Made by a program: the position numbers and the translations under genes. A DNA stretch of 64,000 nucleotides. It comes from an uncultured delta proteobacterium. Lineage in GTDB: Bacteria > Desulfobacterota > BSN033 > UBA1163. The DNA lies in contig CAWHBU010000005.1 of the NCBI GenBank assembly GCA_963827685.1, forward strand, positions 96,001-160,000. The letters run 5' to 3'. Under the pieces are notes generated by a model, which was given only the letters and a program-made list of their open reading frames with translations, searched no databases and had not been told where the DNA came from. This document shows positions 8,822 to 20,027 of the stretch, piece by piece; position 1 is the first letter of the stretch, and each line of letters begins with the position of its first letter.

Positions 8822-11020
8822 ATGAAGGGAGTAACAAGCCAGCTAGTTGTAATCATTTTCAGTTTGATTCTCTGTATCTCTACGGGACTGGCGGAAGAGA
8901 TGCAAAAAGAAATAACGCTCGAAGAGATTGTGGTTACGGCGACCAGGACGGAAAAAGAGGCGGGGATGGCACCCGCTTCCACCAGCGTAGTGACAAAGAA
9001 AGAAATCGAAATGCGCAATACCCAGGCCGTTGACGAGGCGCTAGACGATCTCCCAGGAGTTTTTGATAGGCGGAACAAGGGCCTCATGGATACCCAACCC
9101 GGTGTGACGCTGAGGGGTATTCCGGGACAGCAAAGGACACTCATTTTATTGGACGGCATGGCCCTTAACAGTGCATACGACGGGACTGTTACCTTTACAG
9201 GTTTGGCACCAGAGGGCGTAGAGCGCATCGAGGTTGTCAGGGGTCCTTTTTCGAGCCTCTACGGAAGTTATGCGATGGGTGGGGTTGTGAATATTCTGAC
9301 CAAGATGCCGCAGAAAAGGGAGGTTACCCTGAAGGAAGGCTATGGATCAGACAATTATTGGAGTACCTATGGTTCTTACGGGGATAAACTCAAGGATTTA
9401 AGCTTCTTTGTGAGCGCGGGTTACAGATCGACAGCTGGCTACATAACGAATTTCGACGTCCAAAGCCTCAAGCCACCGGCAGGCATTGGCGGATGGTCGA
9501 CGACGAGCAACAACATGGGCAATCTCCGCTACCTGATCGGTGACTCGGGTAAGAATGGATGGTTTGACTACAACGTGACAGCGAAAATTGAATACGATCT
9601 TACGGAGACATCTAAGCTGAGATTTTCCTATTTGAGAATCGAAAGTGGTTATAAGTATGGTAATCCGGACACCTATCTGCTGAATGCTTCCCACAACCCG
9701 GTATTTAGTTATGGCACCGTAAACGAGTCGAGCTTCCTTTCGGGGAATGGGGGTAAGATACAGAACATCTTCAACCTTGGCTATGAAACCAAGTTCTCAG
9801 ATATCAAGGTAAAACTCCTTCTGAGCTGCAATCAGCTGGAGGATAACTGGTACATCACGCCCGGCTCAACTTCGGCGACTACGCAATTCGGAGGACCCGG
9901 CACCCTAGACTCGACTCCATCCATCAACTACAATGCCGACTTGCAGTTCACGGTGCCCCTTGTGCTGCCCATCGTAGGTAAACACGTCCTCACTTGGGGT
10001 GGCTCGTATCGATACGATTCGGCGAATACACAGGAGCATCAACTTTACAACTGGAAAGATGAAAACTCCCAGACCCGGCTCAGTTATCATGCGGGAGGAA
10101 AGGACATGGACTTTGCACTGTTTGCACAGGACGAGATACCGATCCTCAATAACCTTACAGCTTATATCGGTTTCAGAGAAGACTGGTGGAGGGTATTCGA
10201 CGGTTATGCAAATATTGTTGGATCTCCAGGTTACCCGCAGGATTACAGTTCGAGAACTGCCTCCTCTTTCAGTCCAAAAGGGGCACTGGTCTATAACCTT
10301 TTCGAGGGGACTGTCCTGCGGACTTCCGTGGGAAAAGCCTTCGTGGCCCCGACCCTTTATAATCTCTTCAGGACATGGAGCTATTATGGGGTCACCTACC
10401 ATGGAAATCCCAATCTAAAACCTGAAACAAGTTGGTCGTGGGATATCGGTGGAGAGCAGAGGCTGTGGAAGGGAGCCTTGGTCAAGGCCACCTATTTTGA
10501 AAACTATGTAGACGATCTCGTCTATAGGAAAACCGTTGACGCACAGAATCAGGTGTATATTAACGTAGGCAAGGCAGAAATCAAGGGGGTCGAACTTGCG
10601 GCTGAACAAAAGTTTGATTTCGGTTTACGGTTATTTGCCAACTATACTGATAATATTGCTGCAAAGGTCGTAAAAAACAGCATCAACCCAGGGTCCGAAG
10701 GCAAGCAGTTAACCCTTACGCCGAAGGAGATGTTTAACATCGGAGGGGAGTGGGCCATGGGCCCCTTCAGCGCTAGACTTGTCGGAAGATATGCGAGTAA
10801 GCGATACAATGACGATCTCAACCGAGATACGGTCAATCACGTCTACGGCTCGTATGATCCTTACTTCATCGCAGACGTGAAGCTGTCGTACAAGCTAACT
10901 ATGTTCGGGGTTTCAGGGATCGCTTCGTTTGCAGTCGACAATATATTTAATAGGAATTATTTTTCCTACTACAAGGCGCCTGGCAGACAATGGTTTGGTG
11001 ATCTGACTATAAAATATTAG
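8822..11020 (+). CDS. TonB-dependent outer-membrane receptor
   Basis: Signal peptide, TonB box LEEIVVTATR, plug motif VERIEVVRGPFSSLYG..AMGGVVNI, GNPNLKPE, C-terminal aromatic residue; SD GGAGGAGG. Confidence 0.95.
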   Translation: MKGVTSQLVVIIFSLILCISTGLAEEMQKEITLEEIVVTATRTEKEAGMAPASTSVVTKKEIEMRNTQAVDEALDDLPGVFDRRNKGLMDTQPGVTLRGIPGQQRTLILLDGMALNSAYDGTVTFTGLAPEGVERIEVVRGPFSSLYGSYAMGGVVNILTKMPQKREVTLKEGYGSDNYWSTYGSYGDKLKDLSFFVSAGYRSTAGYITNFDVQSLKPPAGIGGWSTTSNNMGNLRYLIGDSGKNGWFDYNVTAKIEYDLTETSKLRFSYLRIESGYKYGNPDTYLLNASHNPVFSYGTVNESSFLSGNGGKIQNIFNLGYETKFSDIKVKLLLSCNQLEDNWYITPGSTSATTQFGGPGTLDSTPSINYNADLQFTVPLVLPIVGKHVLTWGGSYRYDSANTQEHQLYNWKDENSQTRLSYHAGGKDMDFALFAQDEIPILNNLTAYIGFREDWWRVFDGYANIVGSPGYPQDYSSRTASSFSPKGALVYNLFEGTVLRTSVGKAFVAPTLYNLFRTWSYYGVTYHGNPNLKPETSWSWDIGGEQRLWKGALVKATYFENYVDDLVYRKTVDAQNQVYINVGKAEIKGVELAAEQKFDFGLRLFANYTDNIAAKVVKNSINPGSEGKQLTLTPKEMFNIGGEWAMGPFSARLVGRYASKRYNDDLNRDTVNHVYGSYDPYFIADVKLSYKLTMFGVSGIASFAVDNIFNRNYFSYYKAPGRQWFGDLTIKY

Positions 11021-11078
11021 CTAAAGACCTGGTTGCATGATTGCTCCCTGACCTTCCCCTGAAAAAGTGGACACATGA

Positions 11079-11936
11079 TTAAGTTTCATTAAGGAGCTTT
11101 TCATACTGCTCTGGGCTCCTGTACCCTAATGCCGAATGACTCCTCTGACGATTATAAAACACTTCCACGTACTCAAAAATACTAAGCCTCGCCTCCAGCC
11201 TTGAACGGTACCGCTCACCATGGACCAACTCCGTCTTGAGCGTGCCAAAGAAAGACTCCACATAGGCATTATCATAACAATTGCCACTTCTGCTCATACT
11301 AGGAGTCATGCCGTATTCTCTTAAAAGCTCCTGATAGGCATAGCTTGCATACTGCCTGCCTCGATCAGAATGGTGGATCAACCCTTCAGAGGGGCTTTGC
11401 CTGCCCACCGCGTCCCTGAGCGCAGCAGAAGCTAGCTCCTGAGAGAGCTTATCGCTCATGGACAGCCCAATGATCTTTCTGCTTTTCACATTCATCACTG
11501 CTGCCACATAGAGCCATCCCTCAGAAGTGGGCACAAACGTAATATCAGATGCCCATACCCCCTCTGTCTGCCTCTGGTCAATCAGTAAGTTTGCAGCCAA
11601 GGCATAATGATGCCGTGAATCGGTAGTCCGCCTGAATCTCTTTTTCTTCACTTCTGCCCATATGGAGTGCTCTTTCATGATCCTGGCTACCCGGTTCTTC
11701 CCACATCTAAGACCCTGCTTATTGAGCTCCGCTGCGATCCGCGGACTCCCATAGAGCCTTCTGCTTTGAGTGTGGATCTCCCGTATGTGCCCCAGCAACT
11801 CCTCATCGTCTTTCTGACGTGTGCTCGGTTGACGCGTCTTCCACGCATAATAACCACTTCTGGATACCTTCAACACTTCACTCATACTCCTTATCTTGTA
11901 GGTCTCTCTGTGCTCTTCTATCAACCGATACTTCAT
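11079..11936 (-). CDS. IS3 OrfB (DDE integrase core)
   Basis: WASDIT, HHSDRGRQY, GNCYDNAYVESFF motifs. Confidence 0.95.
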   Translation of the reverse strand: MKYRLIEEHRETYKIRSMSEVLKVSRSGYYAWKTRQPSTRQKDDEELLGHIREIHTQSRRLYGSPRIAAELNKQGLRCGKNRVARIMKEHSIWAEVKKKRFRRTTDSRHHYALAANLLIDQRQTEGVWASDITFVPTSEGWLYVAAVMNVKSRKIIGLSMSDKLSQELASAALRDAVGRQSPSEGLIHHSDRGRQYASYAYQELLREYGMTPSMSRSGNCYDNAYVESFFGTLKTELVHGERYRSRLEARLSIFEYVEVFYNRQRSHSALGYRSPEQYEKLLNET

Positions 11937-12229
11937 CTGTTTCGTTTGGAGAATACGGCCAAGGCTTTTTTTAAAATGTCCCTCTCTTCCTTCACCTTTT
12001 CTAATTCCTTCCGGAGCCCCTTTATTTCCGCTTCCTCTGGCGTTACACGGCCCTTCCCTACGAAGGCTTTATCCCCTTTAGCTAAGAACCTCCTCCTCCA
12101 TAGATGAAGAAGATTGGGATGGATATCAAGCTCTCGGGCCACCTTGCCTACCGGCATCCCTTTCTCTGTGACCAACTGCACTGCATCTCGTTTGAACTCA
12201 CGGCTGAAATGACGATTCTTTTCCCCCAT
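11933..12229 (-). CDS. IS3 OrfA (HTH)
   Basis: FSREFKRDAV...VARELDI HTH, EERDILKKA. An A7G slippery run lies near its end and it overlaps orfB by ATGA. Confidence 0.9.
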   Translation of the reverse strand: MGEKNRHFSREFKRDAVQLVTEKGMPVGKVARELDIHPNLLHLWRRRFLAKGDKAFVGKGRVTPEEAEIKGLRKELEKVKEERDILKKALAVFSKRNR

Positions 12230-12471
12230 ACGCACCTCCTGTCCAATGATACAAATTCTCAGGTGTGTCCATCAACTCGGGGGAAGGTCACCCAGTAATC
12301 TTCATTTGCTAAAGCACCCGTTGACTGAATAGTAGGTAGGTGAAGTCTCCGTCCCCCCCTCTTCTCTAAACTGCTTCAGAAAGAGTGATTTCTATTCTCC
12401 AAGAATGTGAGATCCAAAAAGCACTCCACGGCTTTACAAATCAGGAAAATTGAAATACATAAATAAAATAG

Positions 12472-13626
12472 ATGACGACGCAGAAAATACTGACCCGTGA
12501 TTTTGTCCTTAATTTCCTGGCTCAATTTGCTTTTTCATTCGTTTCCTTCATTCTTATTCCGACTATTCCGGTCTATCTTTCAAGATTCGAAGCGAAGGCA
12601 GGGGAAATTGGTTTCCTGGTCGGGGTTTTGAGTGTCTCCTCTTTGATTCCCCGGCCCTTCATAGGAAGAGCGCTTTCAAGAATCCCCGAGAGAAAATTTA
12701 TGGTGGCGGGAGCGATCCTCTATATCGTCTCTTCGATCGCCTATCTTTTAGCCCCTCCCTTTTGGCCATTTTTGATTGTGAGAATTTTACAGGGGGTTGG
12801 ATTGGCCTTTTTTTCGACGGCCTCGGTCGCATTGATCGCCAATATTACCTCTGAGAATCGCCGCGGCCAAATTATCAGTTACTATTTTTTGTCCTTCAAT
12901 TTCGCTTTTGCTCTGGCCCCCTATTTCGGGATGGTCCTCATCAACCAATTCAGCTTCACCGTCCTCTTTTTGGTCTGCACTGCGTTATCTCTTTCTACTT
13001 TATTCATCACTCTCAAATTGAGGAAGACGCAGGGTGTTCCGATAGAAAATGAATCGATACAAAATCAGCCCTTCTACAGTCGTGAAGTACTTCCATCAGC
13101 CATCGTGGCATTCTTGCTCAATGTTATCTGGGGAGCCTTGGGTGCCTTTTTCCCGCTGTATGCCCTGCGCCATGGTGTTTCGAACCCCGGGATCTTCTTT
13201 GCTTTTGTGGCCATCACTCTCATCCTGGGCCGTTCTTTGGGCGGAAGAATATTGGATATCTACAGGAGAGAGAAAGTGATCACCCCTTGTCTCATCGTTG
13301 TGATCATTTCCATTGTGATTCTTACCTTTTCCACCACCCTTCCAATGTTTATTCTCGTGGCCATCATCTTTGGAACGGGATGGGCATTCCTCTATCCTTC
13401 CCTCGTCGTTTACGCCGTTGAAAATTCAGGATCTGCACGGGGTCCTGCGATGTCCACCTTCACAGCCCTCGCCGACCTGGGAGCAGGGATCGGTCCGATG
13501 ATCATGGGCCTGATCCTTGAATGGACCAATTATCCGATGATGTTTTTCTTTTTAGCTCTTATCGGAGCCATCAATTTTCTTTATTTCTATTATACGATCG
13601 GGAATAAAAGGAAGAAGGTCGGTTGA
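12472..13626 (+). CDS. MFS transporter
   Basis: About 12 hydrophobic segments; RILQGVG and GRILDIYRRE motif-A-like sequences. Confidence 0.9.
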   Translation: MTTQKILTRDFVLNFLAQFAFSFVSFILIPTIPVYLSRFEAKAGEIGFLVGVLSVSSLIPRPFIGRALSRIPERKFMVAGAILYIVSSIAYLLAPPFWPFLIVRILQGVGLAFFSTASVALIANITSENRRGQIISYYFLSFNFAFALAPYFGMVLINQFSFTVLFLVCTALSLSTLFITLKLRKTQGVPIENESIQNQPFYSREVLPSAIVAFLLNVIWGALGAFFPLYALRHGVSNPGIFFAFVAITLILGRSLGGRILDIYRREKVITPCLIVVIISIVILTFSTTLPMFILVAIIFGTGWAFLYPSLVVYAVENSGSARGPAMSTFTALADLGAGIGPMIMGLILEWTNYPMMFFFLALIGAINFLYFYYTIGNKRKKVG

Positions 13627-13870
13627 ATGATGAATGAGAGAATGCAAGAAGGAATGGCTTGAATATTTTTAGCCCTTCTTAAACAAATGTTGTTTATGCT
13701 TACTTTCTTATTCTGAAGTAATCGGATTTGACATCCGGTTTTGAATCGGCTCCTAGTAGTTTCCTTCCCCTTCCCTAACCTAAATAGGTCAAATTTTAAC
13801 TTCAAATCAATAAACTTACCAGGTGCACTTAACCCCTTTAATTAATTGAATTGTTTGAATTGTTTGATAC

Positions 13871-13900
13871 TTGTCAGTCCATGACGTTTCGTCCTATAAT
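13871..13900 (+). promoter_or_regulatory. sigma70-type promoter
   Basis: TTGTCA, 18-nt spacer, TATAAT upstream of the ligase gene. Confidence 0.55.
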
Positions 13901-13947
13901 GAAACCGGATTTGTTTTCCCGCAGTGCCAGCAAAAGGAGACGATGCG

Positions 13948-15672
13948 ATGGCCCAGCACACCGGCGGATGTATATCCGACGTTTCCGAGTTTCGCGCGTG
14001 GTTCAAGCATTATGATCCGGAAGTCCCTCTGCGACTGACCTATCCACACATTCCGCTCTACCGCCTGTTGGACGAGACCGCCGCCAGGTATTCCGCCAGC
14101 CCTTGCACAAACTTTTTCGGCAAACGGCTCACCTACCAGCAGATCAAAGAACTCTCTGACCGCTTTGCCGCGAGCATTCGCAGCCTGGGCATCCGAAAAA
14201 GTGATCGGGTGGTCCTGCTCCTTCCTAATTCACCACAGTTTCTCGTCACCTATTACGGTCTTTTGAAAGCCGGGGCCGTGATCGTCCCTCTAAACCCTCT
14301 CTCTGCTGAGCGTGAACTCGAATTCTACTTGACTGATTCGGGAGCTGAGGCCGCCATCACGATTCCGCTCTTTCTGAAAAAAGTGGCTTCGCTCAGAGGC
14401 AAGACTCCTCTGAAGCACATCGTCTACAGCCGCCTCGCTGACTTTCTCCCGTTCCCGCTGAACCTCGCCCAAGGGTTCCAGGAGCATAGGCTTATGCGCA
14501 AGCTGGATGGGGCGGCCTTGGTGGATTTCAAAGAATTGTTGAAGCCATCGCTCCCGCCTGATTGGCATCCAGAGCCACTTCAGCCAGACGAGATGGCCGT
14601 GCTGATTTACAGCGGCGGCACCACCGGCGTTGCCAAGAGCATCATGCTTTCTCACTTTAACATTGTAGCCAATGCTCACCAGATCATAGCCTGGGGCCAC
14701 CTCACCGACGAGCAAGGGATACTGGCTGTCCTGCCTCTCTTTCACGGCTTTGGCATGAGCGTTACGATGAACGCGGCAGTGCTCACCGGCGGAGAGATCA
14801 CCCTGGTACCCCGATTTAACGCAAAGCAAATCGCCAGGACCATCCAAAAGTATAAACCCTCCTTCTTTATCGGCGTTCCGACAATGTTTGTGCAGTTAAG
14901 CAACTTGCCGGGCATTCACCGCTACGATTTCAGCAGCCTGCGAGGAATCTTTGTCGGCGCAGCGCCGCTGACCCGCGCCATCAAGGAAGGGTTTGAGGCT
15001 AGCCTAAAAGCCGCGGGCAAGACAGGCGGACGGATGATCGAAGGCTACGGTCTCACTGAAGCGGTGACGGCCATCATGGCGAATCCCTACCAGGGAATGC
15101 ACAAGGTCGGCAGCATCGGCATCCCGTTTCCCGATGTGGATGTCAAAATCGTCAGCCTCGACAACGGCCACGATCTTGCGCCGGGCGAGTTGGGTGAGAT
15201 TGTTCTCAGAAGTCCCACCGTGATGCTTGGCTATTACAAAAATGCGGAAGAAACCCAAAAGACAGTTGTGGATGGCTGGCTCCACACGGGAGATATTGGC
15301 TACGTGGACGAGGACGGTTACTTTTACATCACCGACCGCAAGAAGGACCTCATCATCGTTAGCGGGTTCAACGTCTTTCCGCGCGAGATTGACGAACTGA
15401 CCTATCAACACCCCAAGGTCAAGGAGGGCATCTCCGTGGGCATCCCTGATCCGCGTAAAGGAGAGCGCATCAAGGTCTACATCGTCCTCAAGGATGGCGA
15501 GAGGGCGACACCGGAAGAATTCATCGCCTATTTCAAAGAGCGGCTCACGCCGTACAAGGTTCCGTCCGAGATCGAGTTCCGTACGGAATTGCCCAAGAGC
15601 ATGATCGGAAAAATCCTCCGGCGCGCGCTGCGAGAGGAAGAGGATCGCAAGGCGAAAGAAACTCAGCCGTAA
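13948..15672 (+). CDS. Long-chain fatty acid-CoA ligase (FadD-like)
   Basis: YSGGTTGVAK, EGYGLTE, WLHTGDIG and LPKSMIGK motifs; SD AAGGAG. Confidence 0.9.
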   Translation: MAQHTGGCISDVSEFRAWFKHYDPEVPLRLTYPHIPLYRLLDETAARYSASPCTNFFGKRLTYQQIKELSDRFAASIRSLGIRKSDRVVLLLPNSPQFLVTYYGLLKAGAVIVPLNPLSAERELEFYLTDSGAEAAITIPLFLKKVASLRGKTPLKHIVYSRLADFLPFPLNLAQGFQEHRLMRKLDGAALVDFKELLKPSLPPDWHPEPLQPDEMAVLIYSGGTTGVAKSIMLSHFNIVANAHQIIAWGHLTDEQGILAVLPLFHGFGMSVTMNAAVLTGGEITLVPRFNAKQIARTIQKYKPSFFIGVPTMFVQLSNLPGIHRYDFSSLRGIFVGAAPLTRAIKEGFEASLKAAGKTGGRMIEGYGLTEAVTAIMANPYQGMHKVGSIGIPFPDVDVKIVSLDNGHDLAPGELGEIVLRSPTVMLGYYKNAEETQKTVVDGWLHTGDIGYVDEDGYFYITDRKKDLIIVSGFNVFPREIDELTYQHPKVKEGISVGIPDPRKGERIKVYIVLKDGERATPEEFIAYFKERLTPYKVPSEIEFRTELPKSMIGKILRRALREEEDRKAKETQP

Positions 15673-15747
15673 AAGGTTAAGGTTGGGGATAATCCCCCTC
15701 CATCCCCCTTTATGAAAGGGAGGCGCCGCCGTCCAGAGCCTCATTAC

Positions 15748-16821
15748 TCACGCAAGCGAGGCATTGGGACTCTGGCGCCGGACGGTGGGGAGGGATTTAT
15801 GGGTTAAATTACCGATTCTCATTCCAATAAGGCGGACTTTTTTCTTCAGTTCAAACTTTTTCAGGCATTCAAAGGCAGCCCTTCTGATCTCCTCCGGGGA
15901 GTCCGTAGATTCGGCAAGGGTCTTTGCTCTCGTGTAGGTTGTGAAATCGCTGAATCTCACCTTCACGGTGATGGTTCGACCCCGATAGCCTTCCTCCTTC
16001 ATACTGACGACAACCTCTTTTGTGAGTTCGGCAAGAGTCTTTGCGATCACCTGCCAGTTGTCCACATCTCTTTGAAAGGTAGTCTCCCTGCTGATCGACT
16101 TGGGTTCCCAATGGGTAACGAGGGGGCTCTCATCAATTCCTTTTGATGCTCCGTAGAGGTAATTTCCATAGGACTGGCCGAACTCCTCAATCAGTCTATC
16201 CAGGGATAATGACGCAAGATCTCCAATCGTTTGAACGCCCTTCTCCTTAAGATAGGCTTCTGTCTTTGGCCCAACCCCCCAGAGCTTTCTTACCGATAGC
16301 GGCCAGATACGGGTCTGGATGTCATCTTCCACAATGATGGTGAGGCCATCTGGTTTCTGCATATCCGAAGCAATCTTTGCGAGAAGCTTGTTCGGTGCAA
16401 TACCAATAGAACAGGTAAGGTCTGTCTCATCCTTGATTCTCTTTTTAATCTCCTTTGCAATCTCCTCTGAAGGTCTGTCAATGGATGAGATATCAAGAAA
16501 GGCCTCATCAATTCCTACATCTTCAATGTCCGGGTTAAATTCTCTGAGGATAGCCTTGACCTCTTCAGAAACTCTTGAATATTCTTCGTAGTCAACGGGG
16601 AGGAAAATAGCCTCAGGGCAAAGTTTATAGGCTGTCCTCAAAGGCATTGCAGAATGAATTCCGAACTTCCTCGCCTCATAAGAGGCCGTTGATACGACAC
16701 CTCTCTTTGTGGGGTCTCCTCCTCCCCCAACGACCACTGGCTTACCAACCAGTTCAGGATGCCTCTTCTGTTCCACAGAGGAGAAGAAGGCATCCATATC
16801 GATGTGAAGAATCCGCCTCAT
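15748..16821 (-). CDS. dinB: DNA polymerase IV
   Basis: ILHIDMDAFF, STASYEARKFG, GIDEAFLD and NKLLAKIAS Y-family motifs. Confidence 0.95.
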   Translation of the reverse strand: MRRILHIDMDAFFSSVEQKRHPELVGKPVVVGGGGDPTKRGVVSTASYEARKFGIHSAMPLRTAYKLCPEAIFLPVDYEEYSRVSEEVKAILREFNPDIEDVGIDEAFLDISSIDRPSEEIAKEIKKRIKDETDLTCSIGIAPNKLLAKIASDMQKPDGLTIIVEDDIQTRIWPLSVRKLWGVGPKTEAYLKEKGVQTIGDLASLSLDRLIEEFGQSYGNYLYGASKGIDESPLVTHWEPKSISRETTFQRDVDNWQVIAKTLAELTKEVVVSMKEEGYRGRTITVKVRFSDFTTYTRAKTLAESTDSPEEIRRAAFECLKKFELKKKVRLIGMRIGNLTHKSLPTVRRQSPNASLA

Positions 16822-17176
16822 GCCATTCATTCTAACATGCCGTAACAATCATTCATACTCATCGACAACTGAATTTCATAGGTCCCTGAGATCAGATACT
16901 GTATTTCTATCGATAAAATACAGTTTTCACCCCATTTACTTTTTTTACCAATGTTATAGTTTGAATTTAAGGTTCTTCCAGCTTTCGTGTGGGTGGCATC
17001 CCCCTCTTGTAACCCACAAAATACCCGGAAGAGCCGAATTTAATTACCTGGAAAATAGCACCTTGAGAACCTTCCCCCCTGATGGGTGAGGGGAATCGTT
17101 CTATTCTCATCATTCGAGGGTGACGTATCCGTCATGATAAATTGTTTTGATGAGAATCATATTAAAGGAGGGTTTT

Positions 17177-17629
17177 ATGATTTCTCTTGAAATTAATGGA
17201 AAAAAGGTTGAGGTGGATGTCAGTTCCAATGTGCCATTGTTATGGGTGATCAGAGAACACTTAAAACTGCATGGCACCAAGTTTGGTTGTGGGATCGGTA
17301 TGTGTGGGGCATGCACAGTCCATGTGGATGGCAAAGCCCAGAGGTCGTGTATCACACAAGTGGGGAGTGTCCAGGGGAAGAAGATAACGACCATCGAAGG
17401 ACTTCCAGAAGATCATCCAGTAAAAAAGGCCTGGATCGAAGAACAGGTCCCCCAGTGTGGGTACTGCCAAACAGGTCAGATCATGCAGGCTGCTGCTTTG
17501 CTTTTGGAAAACCCGAATCCTACCGACGAGAAAATAATAGAAGCCATGGACGGTAATCTCTGCCGTTGCGGCACTTATCCCTATATCAAACAGGCCATCA
17601 AAAAGGCTGCCCAGGAGGTGAAAAAATGA
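17177..17629 (+). CDS. (2Fe-2S) small subunit, isoquinoline 1-oxidoreductase alpha-like
   Basis: [28 protein letters not shown]. Confidence 0.9.
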   Translation: MISLEINGKKVEVDVSSNVPLLWVIREHLKLHGTKFGCGIGMCGACTVHVDGKAQRSCITQVGSVQGKKITTIEGLPEDHPVKKAWIEEQVPQCGYCQTGQIMQAAALLLENPNPTDEKIIEAMDGNLCRCGTYPYIKQAIKKAAQEVKK

Positions 17630-19803
17630 TGAACAAACACATCACCCGTCGTCAGTTTTTACATAAATCTCTGGCTGGTGCCGGTCTGGCAGTGGCGGCC
17701 TCGATGACACCGTCTGGAATCAAGATTTCGAAAGCAGAAGACCTGAAAAAAAAGACAGAGAGTATGTTCAGCCCGAATGTCTGGATAGACATCACACCCG
17801 ATAATATCATAACCGTTGTGGTCAATAAGTCTGAGATGGGTCAGGGAGTCGCGACCTCACTTCCGATGATTGCAGCCGATGAGCTTGAGGCAGACTGGAA
17901 ACAAATACGATTTAAAGAGGCCCCGGGGGGAGATAAATATAAGGATCCGGCCTGGGGAATGCAACTGACGGGAGGAAGCACAAGCGTCATGCACATGATG
18001 GAGCCTCTGCGTAAAGCAGGCGCAACAGCCCGTGAGATGCTTCTGGCCGCGGCGGCCCAGAAGTGGGAAGTTCCTCAAAGTGAGTGTGAGGCCCGTCGAG
18101 GAATGGTACGACATATACAAAGTGGCCAGACCATGACCTATGGCCAGCTCTGCGAGAAGGCATCTAAACTTCCTATCCCGCAGAACCCTCCTCTGAAGAA
18201 AGAAGACCAGTTCAGGTTCATCGGCACCCCAATGGCGCGCTTGGATGTTCCAGATAAAGTCGATGGATCGGCGATCTTTGGAACAGATGTATTTGTTCCG
18301 GAGATGCTCTATGCGGCCGTTGCCCGCCCACCCACCTACGGAGCGAAGGTGATTTCTTACGATCAAGAAGCTGTCGAGAAAATGCCGGGGGTACACAAAG
18401 TGGTGCGTATCGATCGCGGTATAGCTGTCAGTGCAAGTACTATTGATGCAGCCTGGAAGGGGAAGAAAGCCCTCAACGTGAAGTGGGATAAAGGCTCTCA
18501 TCCTGATCTGAACAATGAAACATTGGAAAAGAGTTTTCTCCAGCACCTTAATAAACAGGGCGTCATCGCTCGAAACGAAGGAAATGTGAAGAATGCTCTG
18601 GGTCGTGTTGCCAAAAAGATTGGGGCAACCTATATGTTACCTTATCTGTCCCATGTCACCATGGAACCCATGAACTGCACGGCCCATGTCTCGGGAGATC
18701 GATGCGATGTCTGGGTGCCTACACAGAATCAGTCAGGAGTTCTTCAGGTGGCTGCGAAGATCACCGGATTAAAACCGGAACAGATCCATGTTCATACAAC
18801 CTATCTGGGTGGGGGGTTTGGCAGAAGGTCTGAAACAGATGTGGTCGAGGAGGCTCTTCAGATATCCAAGTCCATTGGAAGACCTGTGAAGTTGATATGG
18901 ACAAGAGAAGAGGATATCCAATATGACTTCTACCGGCCGGGGAACTGCTGCAGGATTGAAGGTGGAATAGATCGGAACGGGAAATTGATGGCATGGTCTC
19001 ACAAGGTCGTTGTCCCGTCGATTTTTGCCCGCGTCTTTCCTCAGATGATGAAATCCGGAATTGACCCTGCAGCGGTTGAAGGAATTGCCAATATGGAATA
19101 TGAGATCCCGAATCTCTATGTGGAGTATGTAAGAATCGATAACCCTATCCCCGTAGGCTTCTGGCGCTCTGTGGGAAGTTCACATAATGCTTTTACGGTA
19201 GAGAGTTTCGTAGACGAGTTGGCCTATGCTGCTAAGAAAGATCCGTTAGAATTTCGATTAAATCTTCTGAAAAATCATCCGAGGCCCCGCCGCGTGCTGG
19301 AAGCGGTGGCTGAAAAGTCCGCCTGGGGAAAACCTTTGAAGAAAGGGCAAGGTCTCGGCATCGCCTATCACTTCTCCTTCGGAAGCCACGTCGCAGAGGT
19401 TGCCGAAGTTTCTGTAAATAAAAAGGGTGGGACGATAAAGGTACACAGGGTTGTCTGTGCTGTGGACTGCGGACCTGAGGTGAACCCCGCCATTATCACT
19501 GCACAGATGACGGGTGGAATCATCATGGGATTGAGTGCGGCATTAAAAGAGAAGGTTGATTTTGACCAGGGAGGCGTGAAAACGGCCAATTTCTACAACT
19601 ATAATGAACTCCGTATGAATGAAGTCCCTGAAATTGAGGTCCATCTTGTAAAGAGCAAAGAAGAGATGGGAGGGATTGGAGAACCGGGTCTTCCTCCGAT
19701 TGCTCCTGCTGTGGCCAATGCGGTTTTCAAGGCTGCGGGTATCCGGTTGCGGAACCTGCCAATGACTCCTGAAACAGTCCTTAAGGCAATGAAGAAGGTG
19801 TAA
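17626..19803 (+). CDS. Molybdopterin-binding subunit, isoquinoline 1-oxidoreductase beta-like, with twin-Arg leader
   Basis: TRRQFL Tat motif; SEMGQG, GGGFGRR, GFWRSVG and GGIGEPG motifs; ATGA coupling to the small subunit. Confidence 0.9.
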   Translation: MMNKHITRRQFLHKSLAGAGLAVAASMTPSGIKISKAEDLKKKTESMFSPNVWIDITPDNIITVVVNKSEMGQGVATSLPMIAADELEADWKQIRFKEAPGGDKYKDPAWGMQLTGGSTSVMHMMEPLRKAGATAREMLLAAAAQKWEVPQSECEARRGMVRHIQSGQTMTYGQLCEKASKLPIPQNPPLKKEDQFRFIGTPMARLDVPDKVDGSAIFGTDVFVPEMLYAAVARPPTYGAKVISYDQEAVEKMPGVHKVVRIDRGIAVSASTIDAAWKGKKALNVKWDKGSHPDLNNETLEKSFLQHLNKQGVIARNEGNVKNALGRVAKKIGATYMLPYLSHVTMEPMNCTAHVSGDRCDVWVPTQNQSGVLQVAAKITGLKPEQIHVHTTYLGGGFGRRSETDVVEEALQISKSIGRPVKLIWTREEDIQYDFYRPGNCCRIEGGIDRNGKLMAWSHKVVVPSIFARVFPQMMKSGIDPAAVEGIANMEYEIPNLYVEYVRIDNPIPVGFWRSVGSSHNAFTVESFVDELAYAAKKDPLEFRLNLLKNHPRPRRVLEAVAEKSAWGKPLKKGQGLGIAYHFSFGSHVAEVAEVSVNKKGGTIKVHRVVCAVDCGPEVNPAIITAQMTGGIIMGLSAALKEKVDFDQGGVKTANFYNYNELRMNEVPEIEVHLVKSKEEMGGIGEPGLPPIAPAVANAVFKAAGIRLRNLPMTPETVLKAMKKV

Positions 19804-20027
19804 CACTCATTTTGAATTACGGATTGTGGAATTTAGGGATTGATTTAAGGCACTTCTTTACAAAATCTAACTCCTTTACGACTCGATGGAAGGTTGACTG
19901 GGTCTTAGGAGAAGACCATTTGGTCACTTAGACCTCTCTATCCACACTTTTATCTGCTCCTATTAGGACCACGGCAGAGCCTTCTAATCTCATCCGTAGA
20001 ATAGACATTGAACAAGACAAACCAGAA

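Larger units (their letters stand above)
11049..12290 (-). mobile_element. IS3-family insertion sequence, complete (1242 bp)
   Basis: Terminal IRs TGACCTTCCCC...TGGACACA with TG..CA ends, 3-bp CCC duplication on both sides, orfA and orfB. Confidence 0.92.

Noticed and set aside
12331-12385. Possible group II intron domain V/VI remnant on the minus strand
   Set aside because: The resemblance is loose, with no domain V hairpin and no reverse transcriptase.
14290-18546. Long antisense ORFs (14290-14847, 15004-15744, 17857-18546)
   Set aside because: They are shadow frames of well-supported genes on the opposite strand.
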